Shown piece after piece: positions 32,616-44,254 of a stretch of DNA of 64,000 bases. The stretch is from contig CAVPOM010000005.1 in the NCBI GenBank assembly GCA_963707025.1, forward strand, positions 608,217 through 672,216. The letters are read 5' to 3'. Both the position numbers and the translations under genes were made by a program. The number at the start of each line of letters is the position of its first letter. Positions within the stretch are counted from its first letter, which is position 1. Source of the DNA: an uncultured Verrucomicrobiae bacterium. Its GTDB lineage: Bacteria; Verrucomicrobiota; Verrucomicrobiia; Limisphaerales; Palsa-1400. The notes below the pieces were generated by a model. That model did not search any database and had not been told where the DNA came from. It worked only from the letters and a program-made list of their open reading frames with translations.

Positions 32616-33470
32616 ATGAAAATAATACCGCGATTGCTCGCGCTCGCCGGATTGCTCTTGTTCAGTGTGAACGCCTTTTCTCAGGATACGAACTTGTTCA
32701 TTTTCCTGTGCTTTGGACAGTCAAACATGGAGGGCTTTCCTGGAGTTGAAGAACAGGACAAAGCGCCGGTGGAGGATCGTTTTCAAGCCCTGGCCGCTGT
32801 TGATTTTCCAAGCTTGGGCAGGAAAAAGGGTAATTGGTATTCCGCCGGCCCTCCGTTGTGCCGGCCCTCTACCGGTCTTTGCCCGGCCGATTATTTTGGG
32901 AGAACGATGGTTTCCAATCTTCCTCCAAACATCAAGGTAGGCATCGTCAATGTTTCCGTAGCCGGCTGCAAAATCGAACTGTTCGATAAGACCAATTATC
33001 AGTCGTACGCTTCAACAGCAGCCCCGTGGATGAAAAACATCATCAACACCTACGGCGGAAATCCTTACGCATACCTTGTCGAGATGGGAAGACTGGCCCA
33101 GAAAAACGGTGTCATCCGAGGGATTCTGCTGCATCAGGGAGAGTCGAACACGAACGACAAGGAATGGCCCAATAAAGTGAAGGGCATATACGACAATCTG
33201 ATCAAGGACTTGAATCTCAAGGCCGAAGACGTGCCTCTGCTCGCGGGTGAACTCGTGAATGCTGATCAGCAAGGCGCTTGTGCGAGCATGAATGCCATCA
33301 TTGACGAACTGCCCAAGACAATTCCCAACTGCTATGTCGTTTCCTCAAAAGGTTGCACCTGCCGTCCGGACCATTTGCATTTCACTCCGGCCGGCTACCG
33401 GGAGTTCGGAAAGCGATATGCCGAGAAGACGCTTTCAGCCCTGGGTTACAAGACGGCCGCCCGCAATTGA
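32616..33470 (+). CDS. CE6-like acetylxylan esterase / sialate O-acetylesterase (SGNH)
   Basis: GQSNMEG, HQGESN, DHLHF motifs; signal peptide. Confidence 0.88.
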   Translation: MKIIPRLLALAGLLLFSVNAFSQDTNLFIFLCFGQSNMEGFPGVEEQDKAPVEDRFQALAAVDFPSLGRKKGNWYSAGPPLCRPSTGLCPADYFGRTMVSNLPPNIKVGIVNVSVAGCKIELFDKTNYQSYASTAAPWMKNIINTYGGNPYAYLVEMGRLAQKNGVIRGILLHQGESNTNDKEWPNKVKGIYDNLIKDLNLKAEDVPLLAGELVNADQQGACASMNAIIDELPKTIPNCYVVSSKGCTCRPDHLHFTPAGYREFGKRYAEKTLSALGYKTAARN

Positions 33471-34212
33471 CTTGAAGCAACGCCAAAACACCTTTTCCCG
33501 TTCGGATGTAAGGCAATTGAATAGTTTCCCTCCCGGAAACACCAATTTATCGCCGGCAATTCTCGCACATACCACCCTCGTCTTGATTCACTTTTCCTAA
33601 GTAATTTATTATCAATTCTTTACGAATATATTTAGCAATAAAAGTGGAATCCTATTCTTCAGGCGAAAGGTTCTGAATTATGCAATGTCGTCTTACGCTT
33701 TTCGAGGCAGATTGCCGCCGTCATCCAGCATGCTGAACCGCATGCATTCGTCCTCACCGCCCCCACGAGCAGGAACCGGTTTAACCGGCTAATAACTTTC
33801 TACGCTGCTTTGGCAGTCACTTGCCTGTTCGGCCATTTTCCAATGCGAGCGCGGATGGCTTTTCCATAGCTTCACTTTGCACGTCGTCCCCACGACCGTG
33901 AAGAGGTAGGCGTTGAAGGCGAGACTCCATTTCCCTCGCCTGGCGGTGCGGAAAACCACCACGGTTGGTCTGGAGGTGTCACCGGTCACTTCAAAACCAG
34001 CCAGCCGGGGTCGAATCAAAACCGGCCACTCTGAGGTGCTTTATTCATATCAGGTTTCTTGATGCGGGCAAGGGGCTTTTCAATTTCTTCACGCCTGCTG
34101 GATGGAAGCGGGTTGGGAGAAGGCCGCCCGCGGGAGAGGAATTGGGCTGCGGTTTCGGGCTTGCAGATCACATCGGGAGTTGAATAATTCGATCGGAAAC
34201 CGCACAACACCC

Positions 34213-35676
34213 ATGAAGATGCTCGCCCTGTTAAGTCCACGATTCTTCCGAGGCACCGTCCTGATCCTGTTCTGCCTGATGCTGGCAGGGTGTTCCACTC
34301 CCACTTCGCGTCCTTCCCAAGCGAATGCTGCCACTGCCGGGATGCCCGAGGCGGGGAGTCCTGATTTGCTCTTTCTGCGTGCTTCGCCGTATTCCCGGCT
34401 CCTGGTGGAGGTGGACGCCGTGGAAGGTTGTGTGCCGAAAGATAGCGACCTTCAAAACCTCCGGGATTTTCTTTCCAAATACTGCGACAAGCCCGATGGG
34501 ATTGAGATCGTGCGCAGTGATGTGATTCCGGCCAAAGCCGCGAAGGGGCTTTCATCGAGGGCGCTTGCGCGCAAATATCTCAACGGGCCAGGTCCGACGA
34601 ACGCTTCGTCAACGGCATTTCTGTATGTGCTTTACTTTGACGACACGCTGGGCAAATACCCGGCCCTCACCCGGTTCCTGCACCGCGGCGCGATTCCGCA
34701 AACCGACTCACCCTATCCGGCGATTTATTTGAACACACACTTTTCCCTTGGAATTAACCTGAACGGAATTCTGCTGCATGAAGTGGGGCATAATCTCGGC
34801 CTGGTGAGCCGGTCCACCCACGCTCTTGGCGGCCACTGCCTTAACTGGGGGTGCCTGATGGGCACAGACGTTGACTACCTGCTCGAGTTCCGCTGGCTGC
34901 CCGGCATGGGGCAAAGTACACTTTGCCCGGAATGCGTGGCCGAATTGAAAGAGCGCGCAACGCAACCGCCCCCGGCGAACTTGCGCTTCGTGGGGCCAGT
35001 GCTGGTTCGGTCGGAGGCTGGCTACCATGTCCTGAGTCTGCCCGGTGATCGCAACCGGCTGCTGCTAGGGGACCAGACCGGAGAAGTGATCGAAAAAAGC
35101 TGCCAGGCGTTTGCCGCCAGTGTCCGCGCGGAACAGGATGACGGCGGCGAATCCTTTCGGGTGGATTGCGTTGCTCCGGGCGAATTGTTCGGAGATCCAG
35201 TGAAGGTGAGTCATACAATCGATCGCCTCAAGAATGATCCTTCCGAACTCTTACGGGACGTTGGTCCCAAAAGTCTGCTGCGGGCCTGCTACGGCCGGTA
35301 TCACGCTATCGGTCAATATTCCAATGCCGTCGCCACACTCCAGCAAGCCATCCTCATCAATTCAGAGGATGACTGGAGTTACAACCAGCTCGCGTGGATG
35401 GAGGCCACATGTTCCGACGCGTCGGTTCGGAACGGCCAGGCAGCCGTCACCGCCGCGACCAAGGCGTGTGAATTGACGAAATGGAAGAATTGGGAGTTCA
35501 TTGACACTCTAGCCGCCGCGTGCGCCGAGGCCACCGATTTCAAACACGCCATCCAGTACCAGGAACGGGCGCTCGGCGCCGGCCACCCAACGGCTTCGGA
35601 ACAGAAGGACATGCGAGCGCGTCTCTCGCTCTACCAGGATTCACGGCCCTTCCGGGAAAAACCGGACAAACCTTGA
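34213..35676 (+). CDS. Lipoprotein zinc metallopeptidase-like protein with C-terminal TPR
   Basis: LAGC lipobox; HEVGHNLGL..H...HC...CLM; NQLAW..DTLAAA TPR tail. Confidence 0.7.
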   Translation: MKMLALLSPRFFRGTVLILFCLMLAGCSTPTSRPSQANAATAGMPEAGSPDLLFLRASPYSRLLVEVDAVEGCVPKDSDLQNLRDFLSKYCDKPDGIEIVRSDVIPAKAAKGLSSRALARKYLNGPGPTNASSTAFLYVLYFDDTLGKYPALTRFLHRGAIPQTDSPYPAIYLNTHFSLGINLNGILLHEVGHNLGLVSRSTHALGGHCLNWGCLMGTDVDYLLEFRWLPGMGQSTLCPECVAELKERATQPPPANLRFVGPVLVRSEAGYHVLSLPGDRNRLLLGDQTGEVIEKSCQAFAASVRAEQDDGGESFRVDCVAPGELFGDPVKVSHTIDRLKNDPSELLRDVGPKSLLRACYGRYHAIGQYSNAVATLQQAILINSEDDWSYNQLAWMEATCSDASVRNGQAAVTAATKACELTKWKNWEFIDTLAAACAEATDFKHAIQYQERALGAGHPTASEQKDMRARLSLYQDSRPFREKPDKP

Positions 35677-35857
35677 ATCTGCGGGACATCGAGCCTCTAC
35701 GGGCAAAGGGGTCCCACCTTTGACAGTTTTGCAGTTTATCACCGATTGTTCCGACGTTCGGAGCCCGAGGGCAAGGTGGCCGATTCGAGGCGAAGATCGA
35801 GCGTTTTCTATAATCGTGAGCAGCGAAATAAAACGAGCAGAACCGGTAGCGAGCCAT

Positions 35858-36280
35858 TCAGCTCGCCGGTTCTGCGGTCGAAGGTTCGTTGGACTTGGAT
35901 TTGATCGTTTTGATTTTGTCCTCCTTTCCGGCAATGGCGGCGTGGTCTTTAAGCCGGTAGCTCCGCCCGGTAATGGCAATGGTCTGGGCGTGGTGCAGGA
36001 AACGATCCAGGATCGCCCCGGCCGTGGGCACGTCGCCCAAAAGTTTGCCCCATTCCTCCAAGGGCCGGTTGCTGGTCATGATGGTGGACCGGTTTTCATA
36101 CCGGCGCATGATCACCTCAAAAAGGTGCTCCCCGGAGTTCTTGGGCAACTGCTTCAGGCCAAAATCGTCAATTATTAAAAGCTCCGGGTTGAGGTAGCGC
36201 CGCAGTGTTCGGTCCTGCTGGCTGAAGGCTTCGTCCTTCATGAAGTCGCGCACCAGGTCAAAGATTGAGCGGTAGAGAAT
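35858..36280 (-). pseudogene. istB: IS21 helper ATPase IstB, 5'-truncated
   Basis: LLIIDDFG Walker B, TSNRP..W, AILDRFLHHA..GRSYR; Walker A and N-terminus absent. Confidence 0.85.
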
Positions 36281-36284
36281 CTAC

Positions 36285-36359
36285 CCGGCGCAAAACGCAT
36301 CCACAACATTGCCGGAAAACCTTTCGGGTTTAATCGAAAGGGTCACCTTCCACAACGAG
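36285..36359 (+). pseudogene. 5' remnant of a RecD2-like helicase gene
   Basis: Reads PENLSGLIERVTFHNE, matching the RecD2 N-terminal motif, then breaks off at a palindrome. Confidence 0.6.
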
Positions 36360-36385
36360 TTATGTTGAAATCAACATAACTCGTT
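36354..36385. repeat. Perfect 15-bp inverted repeat with dif-like arms
   Basis: AACGAGTTATGTTGA-AA-TCAACATAACTCGTT. Confidence 0.85.
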
Positions 36386-36723
36386 TAATGTGAAGCGTTT
36401 GAAAATGTGGAGTGATTGATGCAACGGCCTATGAAACGGGGAGGCAGCCCCGTTTCCACTTAACATTTTTACGGAGCGGTACGAAATGGCTTCCGATCAC
36501 CAACGAAAGGAACCGACATGCTTATTCCTGCGCCGGAGGGCTTGGGCGAACGCCGACCGGCTCCGGTTCGCCTGGTATGGCCAAACCGTTTTGCCAACAT
36601 CAACTTTCCCGTCCTTAGGGGACCGATTATAAGATGGTTGTGACCATCAGCGGCAGTTAACGCGAAGTGGACAAGCCCATTCGCAATTCCGGGGAATGTT
36701 GGTCCTGCACGTCCATTTTCCCG

Positions 36724-37836
36724 TCAGGTTGATGAGCTTTCGGTCTTGGATGCGACAAACCAGTGACGCGTCTGATTGCAGAAGCTGCAGACTGAAAGCA
36801 TCACGGGCACTTCCACCAGCACGCCTACAACGGTGGCCAAGGCCGCACCGGAGTTCGCGCCGAACAAGGTGATGGCGACTGCGACCGCGAGCTCGAAAAA
36901 GTTGCTTGCACCGATAAGCGCGCCGGGTGCGGCGACGTTGTGTTCAACGCGAAGAACGCGCATGAGCAAATAGGTCAGACAGGAGTTGAAATAGACCTGG
37001 ATGATGATGGGCACGGCAATGAGCAGGACGGAAATCCAGCGTTTGGTCAGGTTGTCGGACTGGAAAGCGAAGATGAGAACCAGCGTGAGCAAGAGGGCGC
37101 CAATCATCACCGGGTGAAATTTTGGCAGGAAGCTTTCTTCGAACCATTGTTTTCCGTGGGATTTAAGCAGCGTGGTGCGCGTGAGCCAACCGGCCGTGAG
37201 CGGGATGACGATGAAGACCACGACGGAGGTGATGAGGACCTTCGGCGGGACAACCACATGAGCAACGCCGCACAAAAACATGACGATGGGCGCAAACGCC
37301 ACGAGCATGATGAGGTCGTTCACCGCCACTTGCACCAGCGTGTAAACCGGGTCGCCGTCGGTGAGATAAGACCAGACGAACACCATCGCCGTGCATGGCG
37401 CGGCGGCCAGGATGATCAGGCCGGCGGTGTATTCCTTGGCCAGTTCAGGCGTGATCCAGGCGGAGAAAACATGCTGCATGAACAACCACGCCAGCAGCGC
37501 CATGGTGAACGGTTTCACCAGCCAGTTGACGAACAATGTCACCATCAGTCCCTTGGGCCGCTTTGCGATACCGCCGATGGCGCTGAAATCCACTTTGAGC
37601 ATCATCGGGTAAATCATCAGCCAAAGCAGCACACCAATGGGCACGTTCACCTGTGAGCCTTGGCTGAACTCCAGTTTGCTCAGGCTGGAGGTCACAGCCG
37701 GCAGCAGTTTGCCGAAAGCGATCCCCACGACCATGCAGACCAACACCCACACGGTGAGGTACCGCTCGAAGAAGGCGAGGCGTTTGGGTGCCGTTCGAAC
37801 CTGTTCGCCAGTGGCAGCAGCAACGGAGTGGTTCAT
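36724..37836 (-). CDS. acr3: Acr3 arsenite efflux transporter
   Basis: FFERYLTVWV, MIYPMM, NWLVKPF, APCTAMVFVW, SNFFELAVA, GVLVEVPVM. Confidence 0.95.
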   Translation of the reverse strand: MNHSVAAATGEQVRTAPKRLAFFERYLTVWVLVCMVVGIAFGKLLPAVTSSLSKLEFSQGSQVNVPIGVLLWLMIYPMMLKVDFSAIGGIAKRPKGLMVTLFVNWLVKPFTMALLAWLFMQHVFSAWITPELAKEYTAGLIILAAAPCTAMVFVWSYLTDGDPVYTLVQVAVNDLIMLVAFAPIVMFLCGVAHVVVPPKVLITSVVVFIVIPLTAGWLTRTTLLKSHGKQWFEESFLPKFHPVMIGALLLTLVLIFAFQSDNLTKRWISVLLIAVPIIIQVYFNSCLTYLLMRVLRVEHNVAAPGALIGASNFFELAVAVAITLFGANSGAALATVVGVLVEVPVMLSVCSFCNQTRHWFVASKTESSST

Positions 37837-37861
37837 TGGATTTTCGCGCTGGTGGCGTGGA

Positions 37862-38083
37862 CTAACCGCAACAGCTTCCCGGTTTGCAGCCGCAGGAGGA
37901 ACCGGAATCGGCGCTGCCCTTGGAGTTGAGCGTGCCGAAGCCGCCGAGCACCACTCGACGAATGGGTTCGCCACTCTCGGGGTGTTTGGTGAGGGGCGCG
38001 TCCTTCATGCTCTGTTTGATTTCGAAGTAACGGGGTTTTTCGCCTGCTTTCTGGTGGATCGGTTCGTAAACATAGGTAGTCAT
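37862..38083 (-). CDS. FmdB-like small protein with Cys-rich tail
   Basis: MTTYVYE..FEIKQSMKDAPLTKHPESG; ends CGCKPGSCCG; in operon. Confidence 0.7.
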   Translation of the reverse strand: MTTYVYEPIHQKAGEKPRYFEIKQSMKDAPLTKHPESGEPIRRVVLGGFGTLNSKGSADSGSSCGCKPGSCCG

Positions 38084-38084
38084 A

Positions 38085-39887
<1,803 letters not shown>

Positions 39888-39910
39888 GGTGCTGTCCTCG
39901 TGTGTTAAAG

Positions 39911-41398
39911 TCAGCCGCAGCACTTGCCGGAAGAGGGGGCGTCGGAGGCTGTTTGCGAGCCGCAGCAGGCATCTGGCTCAAATGAGGGCTTGCTCAGGGT
40001 GGATCCAATCAACCGATCGGCCAGCTTGAGTATGGCTTGGTGCGGCGAGTCCTTAACCTTGGCGCCCATTTCTACTGCGCGGGCCATGTCGGCTTTGGAC
40101 ACGCCGAGTTGCCGGGCTTCACGGTAGTGATATTTAAGGCAAGGCTCGCAGTTGGCGGCGATGGCCGCGCCAATGGCCACCATTTCGTTGACGGCCGATG
40201 AAAAGATGCTGGGTGCGCCTTGATTCAGCCCAACCCAGGTCGCCAGTTCATCGCGTTCGGGGTAGCGCCCAATGGACATTACGTGGCCGCCGGCCAGGAC
40301 CATCGGCAAGGCGGCTTCGCCCCGGTCGGTGAGAGTTTGCTTCACTTGCTCATTCTCGACAAATGCCGCCGGGCTTTGGGAAAGATTGAAGCGCTCCACG
40401 TCTGCCCCGTGCTCTTGAAGCCATTTCAGATCGGCGGCGAATCGCACCAGCGCCGGGTCAACCTCCGGGCCGCAGGTGCCGCTAGAGCAGCACATGGCGG
40501 GGTCGTAAACTTCCAGCCGCACGGTGGGTCTGGGAGATGTGGTTTTGCTTGGTTTGCGGGCGGTGATTTCCAAGCTCGTGATGTATTCGCCTGGCTTCGT
40601 CCCGGCGGGCAGGGCGGCGATGATTCTTTGGTAGAGCGGATCTTGCCAGTCCACCATGCCGTCAATGTAACCGGATTTGGGATTAAGAACGATGTCACTC
40701 AAGCCGGCTTCCTTGGCCATGCGCTCGGTTTCGGAGACGAGAACCGCGCCCGCAACGCAACCGACCAGAGCCTCCACTATTTTGAGAATGGCCGGTGGCA
40801 ACGGTTTGAGCAGCGCGAGGTCGGAAACAGCAACCCGGCCGCTTGGCTTGAGCACGCGCGCCATTTCAAGCCAGACTTGCGGTTTGTCAGGTGAGAGATT
40901 GATCACGCAGTTGGAAATGATGGCGTCAACGCTGGTATCAGCCACAGGGAGATGCTCGATCTCTCCCAGGCGGAACTCGACGTTGTCCAGGCCTGTGGTT
41001 TGCCGGTAGGATTCTGCGTTCTTGCGCGCTTTGGCCAGCATCTCGGCGGTCATATCCACGCCGATGGCGCGCCCGGCGGCCTCAACCTTCTTGCCGGCGA
41101 TGAATACGTCAAAGCCGCCCCCGCTGCCAAGATCCAGCACGACCTCACCAGGTCGAAGCGAAGCCAGAGCATTGGGATTGCCGCAGGAAAGGCCCATGTT
41201 GGTCCCTTCGGGCAGCGCGGCCAATTCTTCAACTGAATAGCCGACATGACGGGCCAATTGTTCCGGGTCGGCAGCGGAACCGCACGAGCTTGGCGTCGAG
41301 CCGCAGCATGAGCCGCCGCTCTTGGCGATCTTGCCATAACCCTCGCGGATAGCCGCACGCATGGCCTCCGGTTCGTCAGTAAGTTTGGATTTGTTCAT
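39911..41398 (-). CDS. arsM: ArsM arsenite methyltransferase fused to ArsD chaperone and a CMD/AhpD-like domain
   Basis: GLSCGNP, LDLGSGGG, ISNCVINL, GCVAGA (ArsM); YDPAMCCSSGTCGPEVD (ArsD); AIAANCEPCLKYH (CMD). Confidence 0.88.
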   Translation of the reverse strand: MNKSKLTDEPEAMRAAIREGYGKIAKSGGSCCGSTPSSCGSAADPEQLARHVGYSVEELAALPEGTNMGLSCGNPNALASLRPGEVVLDLGSGGGFDVFIAGKKVEAAGRAIGVDMTAEMLAKARKNAESYRQTTGLDNVEFRLGEIEHLPVADTSVDAIISNCVINLSPDKPQVWLEMARVLKPSGRVAVSDLALLKPLPPAILKIVEALVGCVAGAVLVSETERMAKEAGLSDIVLNPKSGYIDGMVDWQDPLYQRIIAALPAGTKPGEYITSLEITARKPSKTTSPRPTVRLEVYDPAMCCSSGTCGPEVDPALVRFAADLKWLQEHGADVERFNLSQSPAAFVENEQVKQTLTDRGEAALPMVLAGGHVMSIGRYPERDELATWVGLNQGAPSIFSSAVNEMVAIGAAIAANCEPCLKYHYREARQLGVSKADMARAVEMGAKVKDSPHQAILKLADRLIGSTLSKPSFEPDACCGSQTASDAPSSGKCCG

Positions 41399-41413
41399 AT
41401 ATGAAATTCACGA

Positions 41414-41887
41414 TTAGCTCGGCCTGTCTGCACGAGCTTCTGGCGCGTCCACAATCTGCGCCAGCGTCTCAACCACGCTCTGCACGCACCCCATGCAGGT
41501 TTTGTGGAGAAGGTCGTGCTCTTTAAAGTATCGTTGCCCCTCCTCTGTCCTGAGATCACAGCCGTCGAGTAAGACACGACACAAACAAGAGCCATGTCGT
41601 TGCTCAAACCGTGCCATCAAATCCAGCGTCTTTTGGTAAGTTTCCTCGGTGGCCGAGCGATCCTGCCGGCTGCCGCGGCCATATTTCAGGCCCAGCGCCA
41701 GAATCCCGCCCGTGACCGCGCCGCAGACCTCCCCCCGACGTCCCATGCCGGCTCCCAACCCGGTGGCCAGCTTGAGCGAGATCTCGCCATCGAGCCCCAG
41801 CTCGGGACCAAACGCATACAAGACCGACTGGGCGCAATTGTAACCCGCCAAAAACTTTTCCATCGCCACCTCGTTCTTTGTCTTCAT
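41414..41887 (-). CDS. C_GCAxxG_C_C family putative redox protein
   Basis: GYNCAQSV, GEVCGAVTG, GSCLCR, C-terminal Cys. Confidence 0.85.
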   Translation of the reverse strand: MKTKNEVAMEKFLAGYNCAQSVLYAFGPELGLDGEISLKLATGLGAGMGRRGEVCGAVTGGILALGLKYGRGSRQDRSATEETYQKTLDLMARFEQRHGSCLCRVLLDGCDLRTEEGQRYFKEHDLLHKTCMGCVQSVVETLAQIVDAPEARADRPS

Positions 41888-41903
41888 CCTCTTTTTCTCC
41901 GGC

Positions 41904-42365
41904 TTATTGGATTTTGGGGTTTAGATCTCGGTTATCGGAATTCAATGAGCGTGGGAGCGTCTCCACAAACGCTCGGATCTGATCCCGCACTCGTCGGTAA
42001 ACCGCCAGCTTCTCCTCGCCATCGGGCATGTCTTCTGTCAGCTTCGGCGGGTCCTCAAAACCGATATGCAGGACCTTTGCCTTGCCGGGAAGAATTGGGC
42101 AATTCTCGCTCGCGTGGCCGCACACGGTCACGACGTAATCGAATCGCACCGATCCTGTCTCTGCGGTCGTCTTCGAATATTGCTTTGAGATATCCACCCC
42201 TGCTTCCGACATGACTTTGACCGCGTGCGGGTTCATGCCGTGTTTTTCGATCCCCGCAGAATAGGATTCGAGCACGTCGCTTTTCAGGTGGCGCGCCCAG
42301 CCCTCGGCCATCTGGCTGCGGCAGGAGTTTCCAGTGCAGAGGAACAGGATTTTTATCTTCGACAT
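41904..42365 (-). CDS. arsC: Arsenate reductase, LMW-PTP (thioredoxin-coupled) type
   Basis: [24 protein letters not shown]. Confidence 0.92.
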   Translation of the reverse strand: MSKIKILFLCTGNSCRSQMAEGWARHLKSDVLESYSAGIEKHGMNPHAVKVMSEAGVDISKQYSKTTAETGSVRFDYVVTVCGHASENCPILPGKAKVLHIGFEDPPKLTEDMPDGEEKLAVYRRVRDQIRAFVETLPRSLNSDNRDLNPKIQ

Positions 42366-42724
42366 TGGCGTTTGCATAATTCAACGGGGTCCATGCCCAG
42401 GACTTTCTTGAGGCGCGCGGCGTCTTCGGCGATGCGCGGATCCTCGGCGAGCGACTTGGCCACCCAGCGAATCGCTTCGCGGGCAGGCGCCGAAGCCCCT
42501 TTCGCGGGCAGCGAGTAGTAAATCCAGCGGCCGTCCTTGCGTAATTCGACCAGGCCGGCCCGGTAGAGAATGGACAAGTGCTTGGAGATGGTGGACGCGG
42601 CCAAACCGAACAGTTCGGTGATTTGGCAGACACACAGCTCGCCGCCCTGCAACGCCAGCAGCACCCGGACGCGGTTCTCGTCAGCCAGCGCCTTGGTCAT
42701 CGCCATGAACTCGCGCATGTTCAT
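42353..42724 (-). CDS. arsR: ArsR/SmtB repressor
   Basis: [31 protein letters not shown]. Confidence 0.93.
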   Translation of the reverse strand: MNMREFMAMTKALADENRVRVLLALQGGELCVCQITELFGLAASTISKHLSILYRAGLVELRKDGRWIYYSLPAKGASAPAREAIRWVAKSLAEDPRIAEDAARLKKVLGMDPVELCKRQCRR

Positions 42725-42732
42725 ATAGTATA

Positions 42733-42778
42733 TTTCGTCATACAACGAAACAATAGGCGATTAATCTTTCCCTGTCAA
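42733..42778 (-). promoter_or_regulatory. Sigma-70 promoter of the ars operon with adjacent inverted repeat (candidate ArsR operator)
   Basis: TTGACA (42778-42773) - 17 bp - TATTGT (42755-42750); IR TTTCGT-N6-ACGAAA at 42733-42750. Confidence 0.7.
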
Positions 42779-43059
42779 TCTCCCCTCAGGTTTCTTCGGG
42801 CCGCAGCCGCCGCAGCCGCAAACCATAGTGCCCGGGCGGCAAATCAATCACCGGCCCTTCGACCTCAAGCAAACCCACTTCCTTTGCCCAACAAGGATGC
42901 GCGGCGCTTGACCCTGTGGGTGGCAGGCATGGTCGTCCTGCTGTCGGTGGTGATGGATCGCGAGGGGGCCATCGTGGCAACGGGAGTAAAATTGGGATTA
43001 ATGGCGAAGTAAAGAAGAGGGCGAACACGCCGCGAAACGGAAGTTCCTGCGCCACCACT

Positions 43060-43290
43060 GGAGTTCTGGCAAGGTTGCCGTCAGGTTTGCGGCCCGTTAC
43101 GATGTCTGTCCTGGTGCTCTTACAATCCCAAACCGTGATTTCCTTTCCGGCTCGGTCAAGGGCAGGTTGCGGTTCGCCGTCATAGGCGAGCACCGCGTCG
43201 CGGCATTGGATATTATCAAATTTTTTCAGGACGGGTTCGCGGGGCGGCGTCTGGCCACGTGTGCGGAAATGCCATTGCAGATATGTTTGC
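43060..43290 (-). pseudogene. Internal fragment of a MmeI-like (type IIL) DNA methyltransferase
   Basis: YLQWHFRTRG..EPVLKKFDNIQCRDAVLAYD..TVWD..VTGR, recalled from MmeI-like RM enzymes; no start codon or catalytic motifs. Confidence 0.5.
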
Positions 43291-43463
43291 GCGAGCGGCT
43301 GCCATCGGCGGCCACACGACGGGTCCAGCCTTTGCAATTGCAGGAAGTGGTTCCATCCGCATACTGCAATGTCTGGTAACTGACGTTGGGATTGGAGTCG
43401 GACGGAAAGGTCCAGACTCTGCTGATGATCTTGCTCATGTTGGTGGGTGGGGTGCTTCTCCTT

Positions 43464-43700
43464 TCAATTTTTGACGAAGGCGACATCCTCGGCGCCCAAG
43501 CCAACGCCTACATCCTCCGCCCATGCCTCCGTTTCGGCCGGCCAGGGATGACCCTTCACAGGATAAGCCCAGTACGTGATCGGGGCGGTCGGCGGCAGAT
43601 TGGTTGCCGGAACAATGACAATCAGGGTGTTGGCGGGCAGGATGCGCCGTTCGCCCGGGTTGCCGTGCATGGTTTCACAAGTGGTTCGCGCCATTTGCAT
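43464..43700 (-). CDS. Hypothetical protein
   Basis: Short ORF with AAGGA RBS within the minus-strand cluster. Confidence 0.45.
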   Translation of the reverse strand: MQMARTTCETMHGNPGERRILPANTLIVIVPATNLPPTAPITYWAYPVKGHPWPAETEAWAEDVGVGLGAEDVAFVKN

Positions 43701-44019
43701 CGTTGGTGTTTTCCTTTCTCTGGGTGGCTGTGCAAGATTCAGGCGCCCTGGCAGCGGCCTCCCTCGCGGCCTGGTCGCTGTCATATCGTTCACAGGCGTC
43801 ACAGCGCTGGATTTCGTATTGTGGGGCCTGATCGTTGCCCACATTGCATTGCAGCCAGCCCACGCCATCGCAGGCTTCGCATGGTGACTCGGCAGCCGAT
43901 TCGACCTCGATTTCATCCCGGGTGGCGATGAGTTGAGCGGCCAGGCCAAACGGTTCGGTCCAGAGGCAGCGGGCTGTGCCGTCCGCAGCAAAGGTGATGA
44001 CGTGATTTGTTGTGTTCAT
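43675..44019 (-). CDS. Hypothetical protein with CxxC pairs, possibly chimeric
   Basis: CEACDG...CDACE zinc-finger-like pairs. Confidence 0.45.
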   Translation of the reverse strand: MNTTNHVITFAADGTARCLWTEPFGLAAQLIATRDEIEVESAAESPCEACDGVGWLQCNVGNDQAPQYEIQRCDACERYDSDQAAREAAARAPESCTATQRKENTNDANGANHL

Positions 44020-44254
44020 GGATTTTTCATGGGCATAAAGCTCTGTGAATAATGTTTTACAGAACTGCGGTGAGGACTGGTTGTTTCCGGCGCCAACGTT
44101 TGAAATTGCACCGGGTTTTGAGCGTAAACGGGTCTTGCAGGCGTTTCTACGATCCGAAGGTGTTCGCCCAAGGCGAAGGGGGCGGTTGTTTATACGGCCT
44201 CCTGGACGGGTGCCGGCATCAGCCGCCAGTTCTTATGCAATTGTTTTATGGAAC

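Larger units (their letters stand above)
33977..36280 (-). mobile_element. Truncated IS21-family element (right end, passenger gene and 3' half of istB)
   Basis: Terminal TGTCACC followed by tandem subrepeats GGTCACTTCAAAACCAGCCA and GGTCGAATCAAAACCGGCCA at 33977-34030; istB fragment points toward this end. Confidence 0.75.

Noticed and set aside
33789..34019. 76-aa minus-strand ORF at the PUL/IS border
   Set aside because: It starts inside the IS21 end and has no recognisable motif; at most the tail of an interrupted gene.
36400..36470. Hairpin GAAACGGGG/CCCCGTTTC as an ncRNA
   Set aside because: A single stem with no recognisable riboswitch or RNA family features; it may be a terminator.
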